Source: Octopus sinensis (taxonomy: Eukaryota). From it: DNA of 64,000 nucleotides. Of the stretch, positions 13,771 to 24,745 are shown piece by piece. Position 1 is the stretch's first letter, and each line of letters starts with the position of its first letter. The notes beneath the pieces are model-generated. The model saw nothing but the letters and a program-made list of their open reading frames with translations. It was not told the origin of the DNA and searched no databases. Made by a program: the position numbers and the translations under genes. The stretch is taken from the NCBI RefSeq assembly GCF_006345805.1, contig NC_043006.1, positions 17,484,001 through 17,548,000 of the forward strand, read 5' to 3'.

Positions 13771-14279
13771 CTGATTGGAAGTGTTATCATGTACATTGTT
13801 TTGTCTTGGCTATAAAAGATGGGCTACAGCAAATATTCTGATCAATACCACAGATTTAATTGTCAGTTATTTGACCATAACCAGTTGACCATGTCCCTTA
13901 GGGGCTGAAGATATGTGCATCTCTGATCATGAGCAGAAGTAGTGGGGAAGCATCATAGTCATGTGTTAAAAGAAATTCTTGGAGGTTTGGATAATTCATC
14001 ATTCGAAACATGGGTGATTCGTTCAACATCCTTAAACAATCCTTATTCAGGGGCCTCTTGAGTGGGATGGGCCACTCGACCAGAAGAAAATTCTAACTGG
14101 GCCCCACCTGCAAGGTCATGCGCTGTTTATCTTGATATGAGATCACCATGTCGCACACATATGGTTGTGATGCATGTGCCTGGTGTACCCTTATCAGACG
14201 GGTAGTCAATCGGGGTATTCTGGGCTTCGTATATTTTACCCCAGTGTCACTTTGATGACATGCACTGCTCTCTCACTCA
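13771..14279. mobile_element. ~510-bp non-coding interspersed element embedded in (TAA)n
   Basis: Complex, GC-richer sequence bounded on both sides by (TAA)n (13699-13765 and 14279-14310). No ORF and no TIR. Confidence 0.6.
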
Positions 14280-15181
14280 ATAATAATAACAATAATAATA
14301 ATAATAATAATGTTAATGTCTGGATCAGGGCTAGAATGCATGTAATTATAGGCCTACTCATTCAGAGATGACCCAGGGCTAAACAGCAACAACAGCTAGC
14401 AGTTTTAAGGGAACCTAGGCATGATCTCTAGGCCTGCTAGAAAAGCTGCCAAATTTTCCACAAATTACATTTTTACTATATATTCTAAAAAGAAGAAGAC
14501 ATTAGATGATGTAGTCCTAAATACACTAAGCCTAAACAAATACTAAAATACTATGATCATAACTGGAATCCCTTTGATCGCAGGCTTGTTGGACCAAGAT
14601 TGACATGTTGCCGAGCAACAGCAAGGGATGTAGTTATGTAGAAAGTACTATACAGTGTGAGTGTATCTGTGTGCATGTAAGTATATGCATGCATACAGAC
14701 ACACACACACACATACACACTCACATACTTTCATGTGTGTGTGTATGTATATATACATGTATATCAAAATATCTATTCACTTCTAAACATTTGTTTAGTA
14801 CATGTATGTGTGTGAGAGAGAGAGAAAGAAAGAGAGAGAGAGAAATTGTGTGTACACAGTGAGAGAGAAACTCATTGAGATATTGTCTTATATACTTACT
14901 TCAGTGTGACACTTGTTGTTGTTGTTGTTGTTGTGTGTGTGTGTGTGTGTGTGTGTGTATACACACAGTTTAATACAAAGAAGAATTATAATTGTGATAA
15001 AGTCTTATATTCAATATCATAAAATTGTACAGCTTCACTATCTTCCCACTGATCTAAGTCTGCCATCTTTCAAATCATATCAAGCATACATATAACATCT
15101 TCAACTCATCTCCCAGTGTCTTTTTGTCTGTGTTCTTGCTGTAAACAATAGTGGTGGTTGCATGAAAGTGTGGGAGTGGGT

Positions 15182-15215
<34 letters not shown>

Positions 15216-16699
15216 AAAGAAAATAAAAAGTGAGAAGTGGATGCCTGCCATAAACAAACTATAAGCACCATCAGCACCGCTGCTGTCAACACCACCACCA
15301 CCGTCATCATTTTACATTTGCCTTTTCAAGATGGCATGAGTTAGATGAGTTGTTGCCATCAATTTTAGTTCTTCTGTGGAGCTATTGTTTTCTTAAGTGG
15401 GTCATAGGCTATATCTACCTTGTACATTTGACACTTTTGGCATAGATCAGAATTATAATAGGAGACTTGTTGAGCTGTGCAAACTTGACAAGATTTTATA
15501 TGGCTAGCAACTGCATGTAAGCCAAGGAATAATTCCTGGCTCCGTTGTCTCCTGTTTCCCTATCATCATCATCATCATCATCATCAGCGTTTAACGTCTG
15601 CTTTCCATGCTTGCATGGGTTGGATGATTTGACTAAGGTCTGGTGAACCAAACTCCAATCTGATCTTCCAGAGTTTCTACAGTTGGATGCCCTTCCTAAT
15701 GCCAACCAACCAAACTGGATAGTAGTATTTTCTGAGTATCTTGTGTGTGGCCCTTGGCATGCATGGCCTCAGATATGTGTTGTGTTGAATGATAAGGTGC
15801 TGGTGTAATCAGTGGATAGATTTGAAAGATTATCATGCAATTGCCATGTTGGGGGATGCGAGGTGAAGCTCGGCCCCTGAAGTGTTGAAATAATCAATAT
15901 AATCTAATGATACTAGCATCTGCAGGCATACCAGTCATTTCAGGGCCCATCAGATGGGACCACAGTCATAGCAAATACCCAGATAGATGGACCAGTTTTC
16001 TGTATACCTCGAGTAATTCCTTCATTTTGGAGTCACAGTCAGACACTTTTGATGACTGCATTGTCTCACAAGCTTATCCATCTTAAATCCATTTATTGCT
16101 CTGATAGGGATTGAGGATATCAAGTGGCGCAATTATAAGTAGGCACATAATATCTCTTGCGTCTGTTAGTTGAAGCCAACCATATATTTGTACCTGTGCG
16201 TGCAGGCCTGGTCAAAGGAAAATACATAGTTGCTCTCATATGCTAATATCCTCTCTACACACCTATGTTCTTTAAGGGAACATTGCTCCCTTTCTTAAGC
16301 CCGATACAGCTTGACAACAATATCACTGCAGGTATTGCTGTCAGCATGCAAAGGGCCAGAACTGATATCTCCATCTTTGTTTGATATTCAAACAGATCCG
16401 TTTATCCACTGCCCTGGATAAGCATTTTTTTACTGACCTAAAGGATGAAAGGGAAACTTGACTTAAGGCTTTAAACGCAGAATATAGAGAATCAGAACCA
16501 ATATTATAAAGCATTCCATCCAATGCTCAAAGGCACTAACATTCACTACCATGGAAACGACTAGTATCACTGATAAACCAACAAGGGCTTCCATCTATGC
16601 CATCAGTACAAAGATAGTTGAAGCCACAGTAGGGGTCTCTACTTCATGCCCATTGGCTGTGAAACTGGTCTGACACTCATTCATGATAACACTTTCGGT

Positions 16700-17018
16700 G
16701 AAGGCACGTGGCTTAGTGGTTAGGGCATATGGCTCACGATTGTAAGGTTGTGAGTTCAATTCCTGGTCACGCGTTGTGTCCTTGAGCAAGACACTTTATT
16801 TCACGTTGCTCCAGTCCACTCAGCTGACAAAAATGAGTAGTACCTGTATTTCAAAGGGCCAGCCTTGTCACACTTGTGTTACGCTGAATCTCCCTGAGAA
16901 CTATGTTAAGGGTACGTGTGTCTGTAGAGTGCTCAGCCACTTGCATGTTAATTTCACGAGCAAGCTGTTCCGTTGATCGTATCAGCTGAGACCCTCGTCG
17001 TCGTAAACGACGGAGTGC
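16700..17018 (+). mobile_element. SINE family E1 (tRNA head + CORE-like domain)
   Basis: Head ggcacgtggcttagtggttag...gagttcaattcc, then tgtgtccttgagcaagacacttta. Reverse copies at 30361-30684 and 33440-33755. Confidence 0.85.
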
Positions 17019-17928
17019 TTCTCAATTCTCTCTCAATAACACTTTATATGTTAGTATGCCAACAGAATATTCATGATTCTTCTTCACATTTCCCAACATC
17101 TTAGTGCCTAATGCTCTGTTTTTGTATGTATATAAATAAAAAATAAGACAAAATATAACCAATGTATATATATATATTATATATATATATATATATATGT
17201 AGTAAAAAAATTATAACAAAGAAATTTGATATTTAGCGTATAAGCCATAAATTTATGTGATGGTTCTTTACCTATTCTAATCGCTAGTTTCTGATTTAGT
17301 TACAATGGCATCATGCTAGCGAATTTACCATAAAGGATTTGAATAATGTATTCTTCTGTTATGTATAAAATTATTATAAAGAACAGTTACATGTTCTTAT
17401 TTCAATGTTACAGTGGTGGCAGTGGTGGTGTTGGCAGCGACAGCAGTGGTGGTGGTGGTGGTGGTGGTGATATTTGATAATGAAGTGGGGGAGGGAGGCG
17501 TGGGAGGATTTTTGCTTTCGCACTGTGCGCTTTTCTGTTTGATGCACAGTATAGCTGCAGCAGCAACAGCAGCTGCAGATTAGCAGTGCAACCAAGTTTG
17601 CTGCAGTTTACGATTTAGCGTTTTGTGGATCTGCGAGTCAGGTCATAATATCGCAATGGCTGTGAGGTTTAGTTGTTTATTTTCACAGCATCCACGTGGT
17701 TCCAGGTTCAATCCCAGTGCATGGAAGCTTTGGAAAGTTGTTTTTTTAAATTTTTCTAACCCAGCCACTGGTTGACTAATACTTGTGAATAGAATTTGGT
17801 ACATTTAAAAATATGTGTGTAAGCTTGTTGTACCATCCATCCATCCATCCATCCATCTCTCCATCTATCTCTCCATTTATCTATCTATCTACATTTGTGT
17901 GTGTATATGTACATATTTGTATATGTAC

Positions 17929-18340
17929 ATAGGTGCAGGAGTGGCTGTGTGGTAAGTAGCTTGCTAACCAACCACATTGTTCCGGGTTCAGTCCCACTGC
18001 GTGGCATCTTGGGCAAGTGTCTTCTGCTATAGCCCCGGGCCGACCAATGCCTTGTGAGTGGATTTGGTAGACGGAAACTGAAAGAAGCCTGTCGTATATA
18101 TGTATATATATATGTATGTGTGTGTGTTTGTGTGTCTGTGTCTGTCCCCCTAGCATTGCTTGACAACCGATGCTGGTGTGTTTTTGCGCCCCCGTCACTT
18201 AGCGGTTCGGCAAAAGAGACCGATAGAATAAGTACTGGTCTTACAAAGAATAAGTCCCGGGGTCGATTTGCTTGACTGAAGGCGGTGCTCCAGCATGGCT
18301 GCTGTCAAATGACTGAAACAAGTAAAAGAGAAAAAGAGAG
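17929..18340 (+). mobile_element. SINE family A, full length, young
   Basis: Complete head-to-tail match to the family consensus, CpGs retained. Confidence 0.92.
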
Positions 18341-18892
18341 TATGTGTGTGTGAATGTTTATACAGATATATACATTAATACATGCATGTACACATACATA
18401 TATATAAAGATATTAATATATATATATACATACATGCATGTACATCTACTTTCATTATGCATATCTATGGAAATGGTTAAGATCAGTTTGAAAAATGAAA
18501 AGCTGGCGCTTTATGAATCAAGTCCCTTTGGATATTTGTTCTGCTTCAAGTTTGATATTTGCTTTACACCCTCATCATAAGAGATACAGCACGGACTGTA
18601 GATTGTTGGGAACTTGCTACCATTGTTTGTAAATTGTTATATAGAATAAAAATAAACATGTAAAACAACTCCATTGTTCATTAAAGACTAACTATAGAGA
18701 GAAGAGGAGAAAGATGTCGATGTATGGAAATGAAATGAAAGCAACATTAACAGCAGTGCCCCAGCATGGCCGCAGCTGATAGGCTAGAACAGATGTAAAT
18801 AGACCAACAAGTTGTAGTGGGGGACAAACACAGACACAAAGATACACACCCACTTCGACTCCCATGTGCGATGGGCTTCTTTCAGTTTCTGC

Positions 18893-19121
18893 CTACCAAA
18901 TCTAATCACAAGACTTTGGTTGGCCCAAGGCTATAGTAGAAGGCACTTGCCCAAGGAATCATACAGTGGGACTGAACCCAGAGCCTTATGGTTGGGAAGC
19001 AAACTTCTTACTACCAGATCCAATCACAAGACTTTGGTTGGCCCAAGGCTATAGTAGAAGGCACTTGCCCAAGGAACCACACAGTGGGACTGAACCCAGA
19101 GCCTTATGTTTGGGAAGCAAA
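18893..19121 (-). repeat. Tandem 118-bp duplication of the 5' part of a SINE A
   Basis: ctacca...gggaagcaaa starts at 18893 and again at 19011. Confidence 0.9.
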
Positions 19122-19368
19122 GGGACTCTTAGTTGTTGTTGTTCTTGCTGCTGTTGATTAACCCTAAGACAGCTCTGACTGAGTATAGCAATAAAGGAAA
19201 GGCATCCCAGTCATGAAGATTCCATGGTTTGTTATATCTAGGATGGCATTATCCACTGTGTCCTTCGATTTTTTAAGACTGTGGATTGTGGTTTGAAAGA
19301 ATTTGGTTACTCTTTTCATAGGGTCAAGTCACTACATAGAGGTCCTCTCATTCGCATCTGTCATCATT

Positions 19369-19795
19369 AGTATTTAGTAGTAGCTGGCAGAAACGTTAGC
19401 ACGCCGGGCAAAATGCATAGCTGTATTTCGTCTGCCGTTATGTTCAGAGTTCAAATTCCGCCGAGGTCGGCTTTGCCTTTCATCCTTTCAGGGTCGATAA
19501 ATTAAATACCAGTTATGCACTGGGGTCGATGTAATCGACTTAATCCGTTTGTCTGTCCTTTCTGTGTTTAGCCCCTTGTGGGTAGTAAAGAAATAGGTAT
19601 TTCGTCTGCCGTTACATTCTGAGCTCAAATTCCGCCGAGGTCGACTTTGCCTTTCATCCTTTCGTGGTCAATAAATTGAGTACCAGTTATGCACTGGGGT
19701 CAATGTAATCGACTTAATACCGTTGTCTGTCCTTGTTTGTTCCCTCTATGTTTAGCCCCTTGTGGGTAGTAAAGAAATAAGTATTTAGTAGTAGC
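19369..19795 (+). mobile_element. SINE family B head-to-tail dimer with 16-bp TSD
   Basis: Two consecutive gtatttcgtctgccgtt...gggtagtaaagaaata units. TSD agtatttagtagtagc at 19369-19384 and 19780-19795. Confidence 0.9.
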
Positions 19796-20448
19796 CGTGT
19801 CATAGCTGTAATACTAATTGTAGCCAAATGCTGTCATCGCTAAATTTGTCATCAACAACTGCATGACAGCATCCATAACCTTGTTGGATCAGAAATATTG
19901 ATTTTTCGTAGATTTTATTTTTATTGATCTATTTTTTTCTTCTTTGCACTTGTATCCTGACTCAGGTCATAGTTGAGTGTTCAACAGTAAAAGGCCAGAC
20001 ATGGTTTTATTGGTTCACGCTGATATTCCATTGCTCAACTTTGTCAGTCATGCATCATCTTTATATCAATGCGGTGGGGGAGCAGAAAATAGCGAAAGCA
20101 CTTGAAAGTAATGTGCTTGCAGAAAACGAAAAAGCAAAAAGCCAAAGACCAACAAAGAATAAAGAAAGAGATAACAGTCTTTTTATTATCAATTTAGCTA
20201 TCTTTTCATCAGCATTGCTGTTATTATTCAACATTGTATAACTATAATATTTTTGTATTAATATGATGAAACAAATAATAAAAAGCATAATCATTGCCAT
20301 CGAGACCACTTCAATCATCACTTCTATCATCATTATTCTTGTTTTTTTTTCACTAGTAGTCTTTGCATTTATTGTTCTTTGACAGCGCCGTGTGCCTTTG
20401 GTATGAGCAGTATTTTGTTTCTGTTTTGTATTTTCTGTTGTAATAGCA

Positions 20449-20810
20449 GTACTGTACTCTACAGCAGCGAGCTGCCAGAAACGTACTGTACTTAAGCAGC
20501 GAGCTGGCAGAAACGTTAGCACGCCGGGTGAAATGCTTAGCGGTATTTCATCTGCTGCTATGTTCTGAGTTCAAATTCCGCCAAGGTCGACTTTGCCTTT
20601 CATCCTTTCAGGGGTTGATAAATTAAGTACTAGTTATGCACTGGGGTCGATCTAATCGACTTAATCCCTTTGTCTGTCCTTGTTTGGCCCCTTGTGGGCA
20701 ATAAAGAAATAAGAAATGTTAGTACGCTAGGCGAAATGCTTAGTGGCATTTCGTCTGTTTTTTAAAAAACAAAAACCCATTCTGTGTATAGCCCCTTGTG
20801 GGTAATAAAA
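20449..20810 (+). mobile_element. SINE family B with a duplicated 5' junction and a partial second unit
   Basis: gtactgtact+gcagcgagctg.cagaaac occurs twice (period 34 bp), followed by the family B body. Confidence 0.82.
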
Positions 20811-20879
20811 AATCAAGTACCATACTCTACATTATGTGTGTGCAGTGCTCAGTAGTAATATTTTTACTGTTGTAGATAT

Positions 20880-21460
20880 TCTTAAATTCTGTTTATATAT
20901 TTGTCTGCATATTTTTTTCCATTTAATCTTGAGGAATTTTTTCTGTTTTGAAGTTTCCAATTCCTGGTTATCTCTATTTTCAGATCTTTTTCTGTAATAT
21001 CTCCTTTCCTTTCAAGAGATACAGTTTTATCTTTTGGGACAAACACTTCAGCTTGTCGGCACTTCTTTTTCTTGTTGACTTTGACAATGGTGTCCAATAA
21101 ATTAGCTTTCATTTCCCTCTTTATATGGATTTAAATATCCCAGAGTGTGGTTCATAATATAGGCATTGTTTCCAGTGTCTGAAAACTCTGACTCTGCTAT
21201 GCCTGTACATGTATATTTCTTGGCTAAAACTGAAAAACCAAAAACACAATTAAGATGTTTTCCCCTCAGTGAACTTGAGAGGTGTTATCTCCTGCTCTTT
21301 TAGTATCTTCTTAGACATATCTGTTAGCACTTTATATGTTAAGTATTTTAAACAGAAGTTTGAGATCTTCTCATGTCACAGTTTCTGTGTCATGGCTATC
21401 CACTGTTGTTCCTGTGCGGCATTGACTGTTTTGAACAATTTCATCTATAGTCATTCTTGT
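20880..21460 (-). pseudogene. Fossil R4/Dong-clade non-LTR retrotransposon, restriction-like endonuclease region
   Basis: MKANLLDTIVKVNKKKKC...VPKDKTVSL...KDLKIEITRNWKL resembles the R4 motif ANRPDIIVKDKK...D..P.D.NV...KYKDLEIEI.RMW. Many frameshifts. Recognised by eye only. Confidence 0.65.
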
Positions 21461-22021
21461 GATGCCCTATCACAATAATAAATCTGTTCCTCTCATCTTA
21501 CCATTTTTCATCCCCCTACCTAGGATCTTTGCCCAGACTCTCTTCTGTTCTCCTTTAGTTATAGGAACCACTTTATGCCCTTTGCATCACAAGCTACAAG
21601 CTGATATTCACTAGTGCTGGTCCTTCTTTCATTCCTATCCCTTGACTGTGTGGTCATTGATGATATCATAACCAGATTTTACCACTTCCCTTGGTCTTCT
21701 ACTGCCCTCTTTGAGTTGGCAAAGTCGAGGCCTGTTCACTCTTTGATGTTAATCTTGGTGACAACCACTCTAGTATCAGTTCTGATCTGGTTGTTATCAT
21801 CTTGAATGTATTGTGGGGCAAGTTAGCTTGGCAGTGCCCATTCCTCTCCAAGCTGTTGGCCTAACTGTTTGCCTCTATTTGATACATGACTTGGCACTGA
21901 TCTGATCCAGTTCATTTGCTCTAGCCAGTGACTCTTTGGGAAGCTTTACCCAGATATTTTTTGCCTCCTGCTGCAATGTTAATGCCATCCCTCACTTAGT
22001 TTAGCCACCAGCTGAGAGGTG

Positions 22022-22325
22022 TGGAGGCACATGGCCTAGTGGTTAGAGCAGCGGACTCGCGGTCGAGGGATCATGGGCTTGAATATCAGACCGGGCCATG
22101 TGTGTGTTTATGAGTGAAACACCTAAGTTCCACGCGACTCCGGCAGAAGGTAATGGCAAACTTCTGCTGACTCTTTCGCCACAACTTTCTCTCACTCTTT
22201 CCTCCTGCATCTTGCAGCTCACCTGCGACGGACCGGCGTCCTGTCCAGGTGGGTAACCTATACACCAATGAAACCGGGAAACCGGCCCTTGTGAGCCAAG
22301 CGTGCCTTGAAAAGGAACAAAAAGA
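22022..22325 (+). mobile_element. SINE family D (tRNA-Arg-like head, L2-like tail)
   Basis: ggcacatggcctagtggttagagcagcggactcgcggtcg head; gacggaccggcgtcctgtccagg tail. Copies at 37719-38010 and 61692-61990. Confidence 0.85.
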
Positions 22326-22379
22326 AAAAAAACCAGCTGAGGAGGCAGGTGCTGGGATCTGGTGCTAAAAGCCATCAGA

Positions 22380-22570
22380 CACCGAAAACAATGCCTACAT
22401 TATGAAATACCAACAGAAAAATGATGGCATAAACATACACCAGAAATGATCTCAAACAATGTCAAAACAACCACAGTTTTGGATATGTAAATCCGTGTGA
22501 AGAAGGAAATGAAAGCTAATGTGCTGGATATAATTATCAAGGTCAAAAAGAAAAAGAAGAGATTAGGAGG
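22380..22570 (+). pseudogene. Second R4/Dong fragment, inverted relative to the first
   Basis: CLHYEIPTEK*WHKHTPEM...DM*IRVKKEMKANVLDIIIKVKKKK; homologous to 21065-21190 on the minus strand. Confidence 0.65.
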
Positions 22571-22859
22571 TAAATGAGGCCAAGTGATACCTGAGCACCT
22601 GATTACACCTGGCAAGGTGCAGCTACCAAGCACTAAAATTACTACCTCTATTCAGAGCCCCTTAGTGCTGGCGCCATAAGAAAAGCACCTCATACACTTT
22701 GTAAAGTAATGAAAGGCACCTAGCTGTACAAACCATGCCAAAGCAGACGTTGCAGCATGATGCTGACCTCTGAGTCATCAGATCCTGTCAAACTGTCTGA
22801 CCCATGCCAGCATGGAACATGATCATTAAATGATGTTGCTGACGACATCTCAAAATTCA

Positions 22860-23400
22860 TTTAGTTTTTGTTGCTACTTTGTTTTGCATTCTTTTTCTTT
22901 GTTCTTGATCAAACAACTTTGAGTTGAAGCCAAAATGCTTTGTTCAAAAACTCTATCAGCAGATATTTTTTTTTGAAACTTAGTGAGAATCATGTTTCAT
23001 ATTGATGACTTCTTTGAGATTTTGTCAGGATCTCTTGTTTTAAGTATTCTTTGGTTTCAGATACTTCTTCTTCTTTTTTTTTATTTTTTGTTATGCTGTA
23101 TTTTTGTAGTATTGTCTCTCACTTCTTTTGTTGTAGTATTTGATATCATTATGGATTGTCAGAGACTTTCTCTTTCTTTGTGCTTCCCATTTTGTTTGTT
23201 TGGTTTCAATATCCTGATAAGAGTAAACTGAATAAGCCCCACTTTCCTTTCCTGAGCAACCTCAGTGGTTGTTGCAGATATTAATTTGTTTAACTTGGTG
23301 ATATTGATGTTTGTGTCTGTTATTATTAAGTCTCTGATGGCCAAAGCCTGCATTATTTACAGTTAATGCATTCCTATCATTAAATTTTATCCTTGAGCAC
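22860..23400 (-). pseudogene. R4/Dong-like pre-RT region fossil
   Basis: TNINITKLNKLISATTT and EYLKQEILTKSQR..YE resemble R4 motifs (TELNHLIYA; LKQK..AKAQR.RRY). Confidence 0.5.
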
Positions 23401-23535
23401 CACTTTCATTGATCCATAAGTTCATCCATTGTCTTTGATTCTTTCATTATTTCTATTTTGAGATTATCATGTTCATGGTTCACCTTTAGAATTTTTTACT
23501 CTTACATCTTTATTTATGTTATTTATACCTTTTAT

Positions 23536-23880
23536 GAAGGCGCATGGCTCAGTGGTTAGAGCATCGAGCTTATGATCGTGAGGTTGTGAGCTCGAATCCC
23601 GGACCGGGCTGCGTGTTGTGTTCTTGAGCAAAGCACTTTATTTCACGTTGCTCCAGTTCACTCAGCTGTATGAATGAGTTGCGACGTCACTGGTGCCAAG
23701 CTGTAGCAACCTGTCTTTCCCTTGGATAACACTGGTGGCGTGGAGAGGGGAGGCTGGTATGCATGGGCAACTGCTGGTCTTCTATAAACAACCTTGCCCG
23801 GACTTGTGTCTAGGAGAGTAACTTTCTAGGTGCAATCCCATGGTCATTCATGACCGAAGGGGGTCTTTACCCCTTTACCT
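23536..23880 (+). mobile_element. SINE family E2 (same head/CORE as E1, different tail)
   Basis: Shares head and tgtgttcttgagcaaagcacttta core with 16700-17018, then diverges. Ends in (tttaccc)-type repeats. Apparent TSD accttttatg. Confidence 0.85.
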
Positions 23881-24745
23881 TTTATGTTATTATCCGTTCG
23901 TGTCCGTTGCCAGCCTCGCCTGGCCCCCGTGCCGGTGACACGTAAAAGCACCATCCGTTCATGGCCGTTTGCCAGCTCTGTCTGGCACCTGTGCGTGTGG
24001 AATGTAAAAAGCACCCACTACACCTTTTATGTTATTATCTGTTCGTGTCCATTGCCAGCCTCGCCTGGCCCCTGTGCCGGTGACACGTAAAAGCACCATC
24101 CGTTCATGGCCGTTTGCCAGCTCTGTCTGGCACCTGTGCGTGTGGAACGTAAAAAGCACCCACTACACCTTTTATGTTATTATCCGTTCGTGTCCGTTGC
24201 CAGCCTCGCCTGGCCCCCGTGCCGGTGACACGTAAAAGCACCATCCGTTCATGGCCGTTTGCCAGCTCTGTCTGGCACCTGTGCGTGTGGAACGTAAAAA
24301 GCACCCACTACACCTTTTATGTTATTATCCGTTCGTGTCCGTTGCCAGCCTCGCCTGGCCCCCGTGCCGGTGACACGTAAAAGCACCATCCGTTCATGGC
24401 TGTTTGCCAGCTCTGTCTGGCACCTGTGCGTGTGGCACGTAAAAAGCACCCACTACACCTTTTATGTTATTATCCGTTCGTGTCCGTTGCCAGCCTCGCC
24501 TGGCCCCCATGCCGGTGACACGTAAAAGCACCATCCGTTCATGGCCGTTTGCCAGCTCTGTCTCGCACCTGTGCGTGTGGCACATAAAAAGCACCCACTA
24601 CACCTTTTATGTTATTATCTGTTCGTGTCCGTTGCCAGCCTCGCCTGGCCCCCGTGCCGGTGACACGTAAAAGCACCATCCGTTCATGGCCGTTTGCCAG
24701 CTCTGTCTGGCACCTGTGCATGTGGCACATAAAACGCACCCACTA
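23872..24745 (+). repeat. 145-bp x6 minisatellite built from flank plus SINE C interior
   Basis: Artefact ORFs start at 23884, 24029, 24174, 24319 and 24464 (period 145). The last unit runs on into the SINE C 3' half (24746-24912). Confidence 0.97.

Noticed and set aside
22022-22095. tRNA-Arg-like sequence (also 16700, 23536, 37719, 61692)
   Set aside because: A and B boxes are present but the acceptor stem is not closed and the sequence runs into a SINE body; these are SINE heads, not tRNA genes.
23872-24745. Regular array resembling a CRISPR, or repeated 66-68 aa ORFs
   Set aside because: No unique spacers, eukaryotic context, no cas genes; the units are SINE-derived and 145 bp is not a multiple of 3.
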